Below, one piece after another: positions 31,964 through 32,000 of a DNA stretch of 32,000 nucleotides. Origin of the DNA: Phycisphaera mikurensis NBRC 102666 (GTDB lineage Bacteria; Planctomycetota; Phycisphaerae; Phycisphaerales; Phycisphaeraceae); assembly GCF_000284115.1 (NCBI RefSeq), contig NC_017080.1, positions 1 to 32,000 of the forward strand, read 5' to 3'. Within the stretch, counting starts at the first letter, position 1. Each line of letters opens with the position of its first letter. A program made the position numbers and the translations under genes. The notes beneath the pieces are model-generated. The model searched no databases. It was not told the DNA's origin and saw nothing but the letters and a program-made list of their open reading frames with translations.

Positions 31964-32000
31964 GACGGATTCAGAAGATTACGAGGTAGAGGAACACGGC

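Overview
Very GC-rich bacterial chromosomal window that opens with dnaA at 117, so it is probably the start of the assembled chromosome. Several families point to Planctomycetota, possibly Phycisphaerae-like (inference from family content only): a DUF1559/H-X9-DG pseudopilin-like protein, a LEPR-XLL-type N-terminus, two PEP-CTERM proteins and a GntR-HTH/LacI-type hybrid regulator. I support 24 CDS and one tRNA. In order they are: dnaA (+); a convergent ABC module (-) of a MacB/LolD-type ATPase plus a 1734-aa permease carrying a PA/M28-like ectodomain; tRNA-Gly(GCC) (-); a membrane-anchored C2-like hypothetical (-); an eight-gene, translationally coupled sugar-modification operon (-) with two SDR epimerase/dehydratases, a Zn-dehydrogenase, a GT4, three paralogous CgeB-type glycosyltransferases and a CmoB/DUF1698-like methyltransferase; ubiX plus a UbiA-family prenyltransferase (-); a PEP-CTERM protein (-); a dGTPase (+); a (+) locus of hybrid regulator, DUF1559 protein, PEP-CTERM protein and two Asp-box beta-propeller proteins, the second with a C-terminal fascin-like beta-trefoil; a small lysine-rich protein (-); pdhB (-); and a hicB-hicA pair (-) directly upstream of pdhB. 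No CRISPR array, rRNA, transposase or integrase is visible. The most unusual signal not explained by genes is a dispersed intergenic palindromic element, CCGCGGACCG-N26-CGGTCCGCGG, present in four exact-geometry copies plus one variant. Most long ORFs in the supplied track are GC-driven shadow frames. Several real starts are GTG or TTG sitting in 4-nt start/stop overlaps.
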